A stretch of 63,997 nt of DNA, counting the filler, from Octopus bimaculoides (taxonomy: Eukaryota), in NCBI RefSeq assembly GCF_001194135.2. It is 8 parts of 8 records of this genome, joined end to end, with 100 filler letters (N's around TTAATTAATTAA, not from the genome) between each part and the next. Parts side by side here need not be neighbours in the genome. Positions count along the whole stretch, not along the records: positions 62,877 to 63,997 come from NW_026415488.1; 7 more parts are not named here. The stretch is one strand, 5' to 3'. Below, in pieces: positions 62,975 through 63,997 of the stretch. The position numbers and the translations under genes are program-made. The first letter of the stretch is position 1, and each line of letters begins with the position of its first letter. Under the pieces are notes generated by a model, which saw only the letters and a list, made by a program, of their open reading frames with translations, was not told where the DNA came from and made no database searches.

Positions 62975-63997
62975 TCAGGTCATCCCAGTTCTTCCGATTT
63001 TACCTTTTTTGAAATTGAATGAAATTTCATAGTATTTTAGAATGTCTAATGGAATTCAAAATTATTTTTATGCATTTGTGTACATTTAAACTAATTAAAT
63101 ATTATTTTACAGAATAATAGAATAAAAATTTCTTTGATTAAAACCCTTTCTAACATGTAAGTATCCAAAGAGCATTTGAGGCACATAATGCTTTATGAGT
63201 ACAAAAAAGGAAACTCTGCAGCCGAAACGACTCGAAACATACACTCAGTTTATGGGAAAGATTCCTTGAATGAAAGAACTTGCAGAAGAGGGCTTGCGAA
63301 ATTCAGAACTGGAGACTTCAGCCTTGAAGATGAAGATCGAACAGGACGTTCAGTTGAGTTTGAGGATAAGCTCCTTGAGGCATTACTTGGAGAAAATGCT
63401 GCATTATCAGTTGAAGAATTGGCAATAATGCTTAGTTTAAACCATACAACTGTTCATCGTCATCTTCAACAATTTGGAAAGGTTCCTAAACTTCGAAAAT
63501 GGATGCCTCATGAATTATCCAAAAGCAACCGCAAATCCTGAGTTGACATCTGCTCGTCTCTCCATTCTCGCGAACTCATTTCACCCTTTTTGGATAGACT
63601 TGTGACTGGTGCCGAAAAATGGATCTTCTATCGAAATGTTAAACGTCGTAAACAGTGGCTTGGTAAAAGGGAAAGAGCTCAACCACAACCGAGAAGGGAA
63701 TTTCATGGAAAAAAGGTTCTTCTCTCTATCTGATGGGATTGCAATGGAGTAATTCACTTTGAATTAATCAATGCTCAAGTCTACTGTCAGCAATTACGGC
63801 GTTAGACTTTGGAGAAAAAAAGACCCGATTTAGTGAATCGAAAAGGATTGATGTTTCATCAGGACAATGCGCGATCGCATACTCCAAAGATCACATCACA
63901 GAAGATCGAAGAGCTTGGTTGGGAAAAAATTTCTTATCCACCTTATACTCCCGACCTTGCTCCTTCAGACTATCATTTGTTTCGTAGTTTACAGAAT
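62975..63997 (+). mobile_element. mariner (DD34D) transposon, 5' TIR and transposase pseudogene, running off the window end
   Basis: TA|TCAGGTCATCCCA TIR. The frame from 63176 reads MRHIMLYEYKKGNSAAE...KWMPHEL...*...LVTGAEKW...*WD...HQDNARSH-(34)-PDLAPSDYHLFRSLQN. It has three in-frame stops, a first D changed to A and a small deletion. Confidence 0.95.

Overview
This is AT-rich, microsatellite-saturated animal genomic DNA, most likely an octopus. That is an inference from the SINE repertoire, the mollusc-like 5S and the simple-repeat load, with no database check. It contains many N gaps and seven 100-nt scaffold joins (N44-TTAATTAATTAA-N44), so it is really eight pieces. No intact protein-coding gene is recognisable. 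Nearly all ORFs in the supplied track are microsatellite or N-run artefacts, and the real ones are decayed transposon fragments. These include CR1-like, Tx1/L1 (two), R4/Dong-like (three) and RTE LINE fragments, three DD34D mariner pieces and one DD37D maT piece. There are also a pogo/Tigger-like MITE, a Helentron-type non-autonomous element, about 30 tRNA-derived SINEs of three families and three Penelope-type relics with hammerhead-ribozyme cores. The most notable items are: (1) a small 5S rDNA cluster at 59.1-61.5 kb with a convergent pair of two sequence types that differ by compensatory base-pair changes, plus a predicted fourth copy hidden in a gap; (2) the hammerhead relics, one with an intact catalytic core and one split between inverted arms; (3) a decayed ~185-bp satellite with dimeric higher-order structure; (4) LINE and SINE stacking in (AAT)n/(ATT)n tracts; (5) a roughly 10-fold SINE-depleted 22-kb block carrying weak candidate exons. 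Coordinates of decayed repeats are approximate (about +/-10-20 nt), and all alignments were done by eye.
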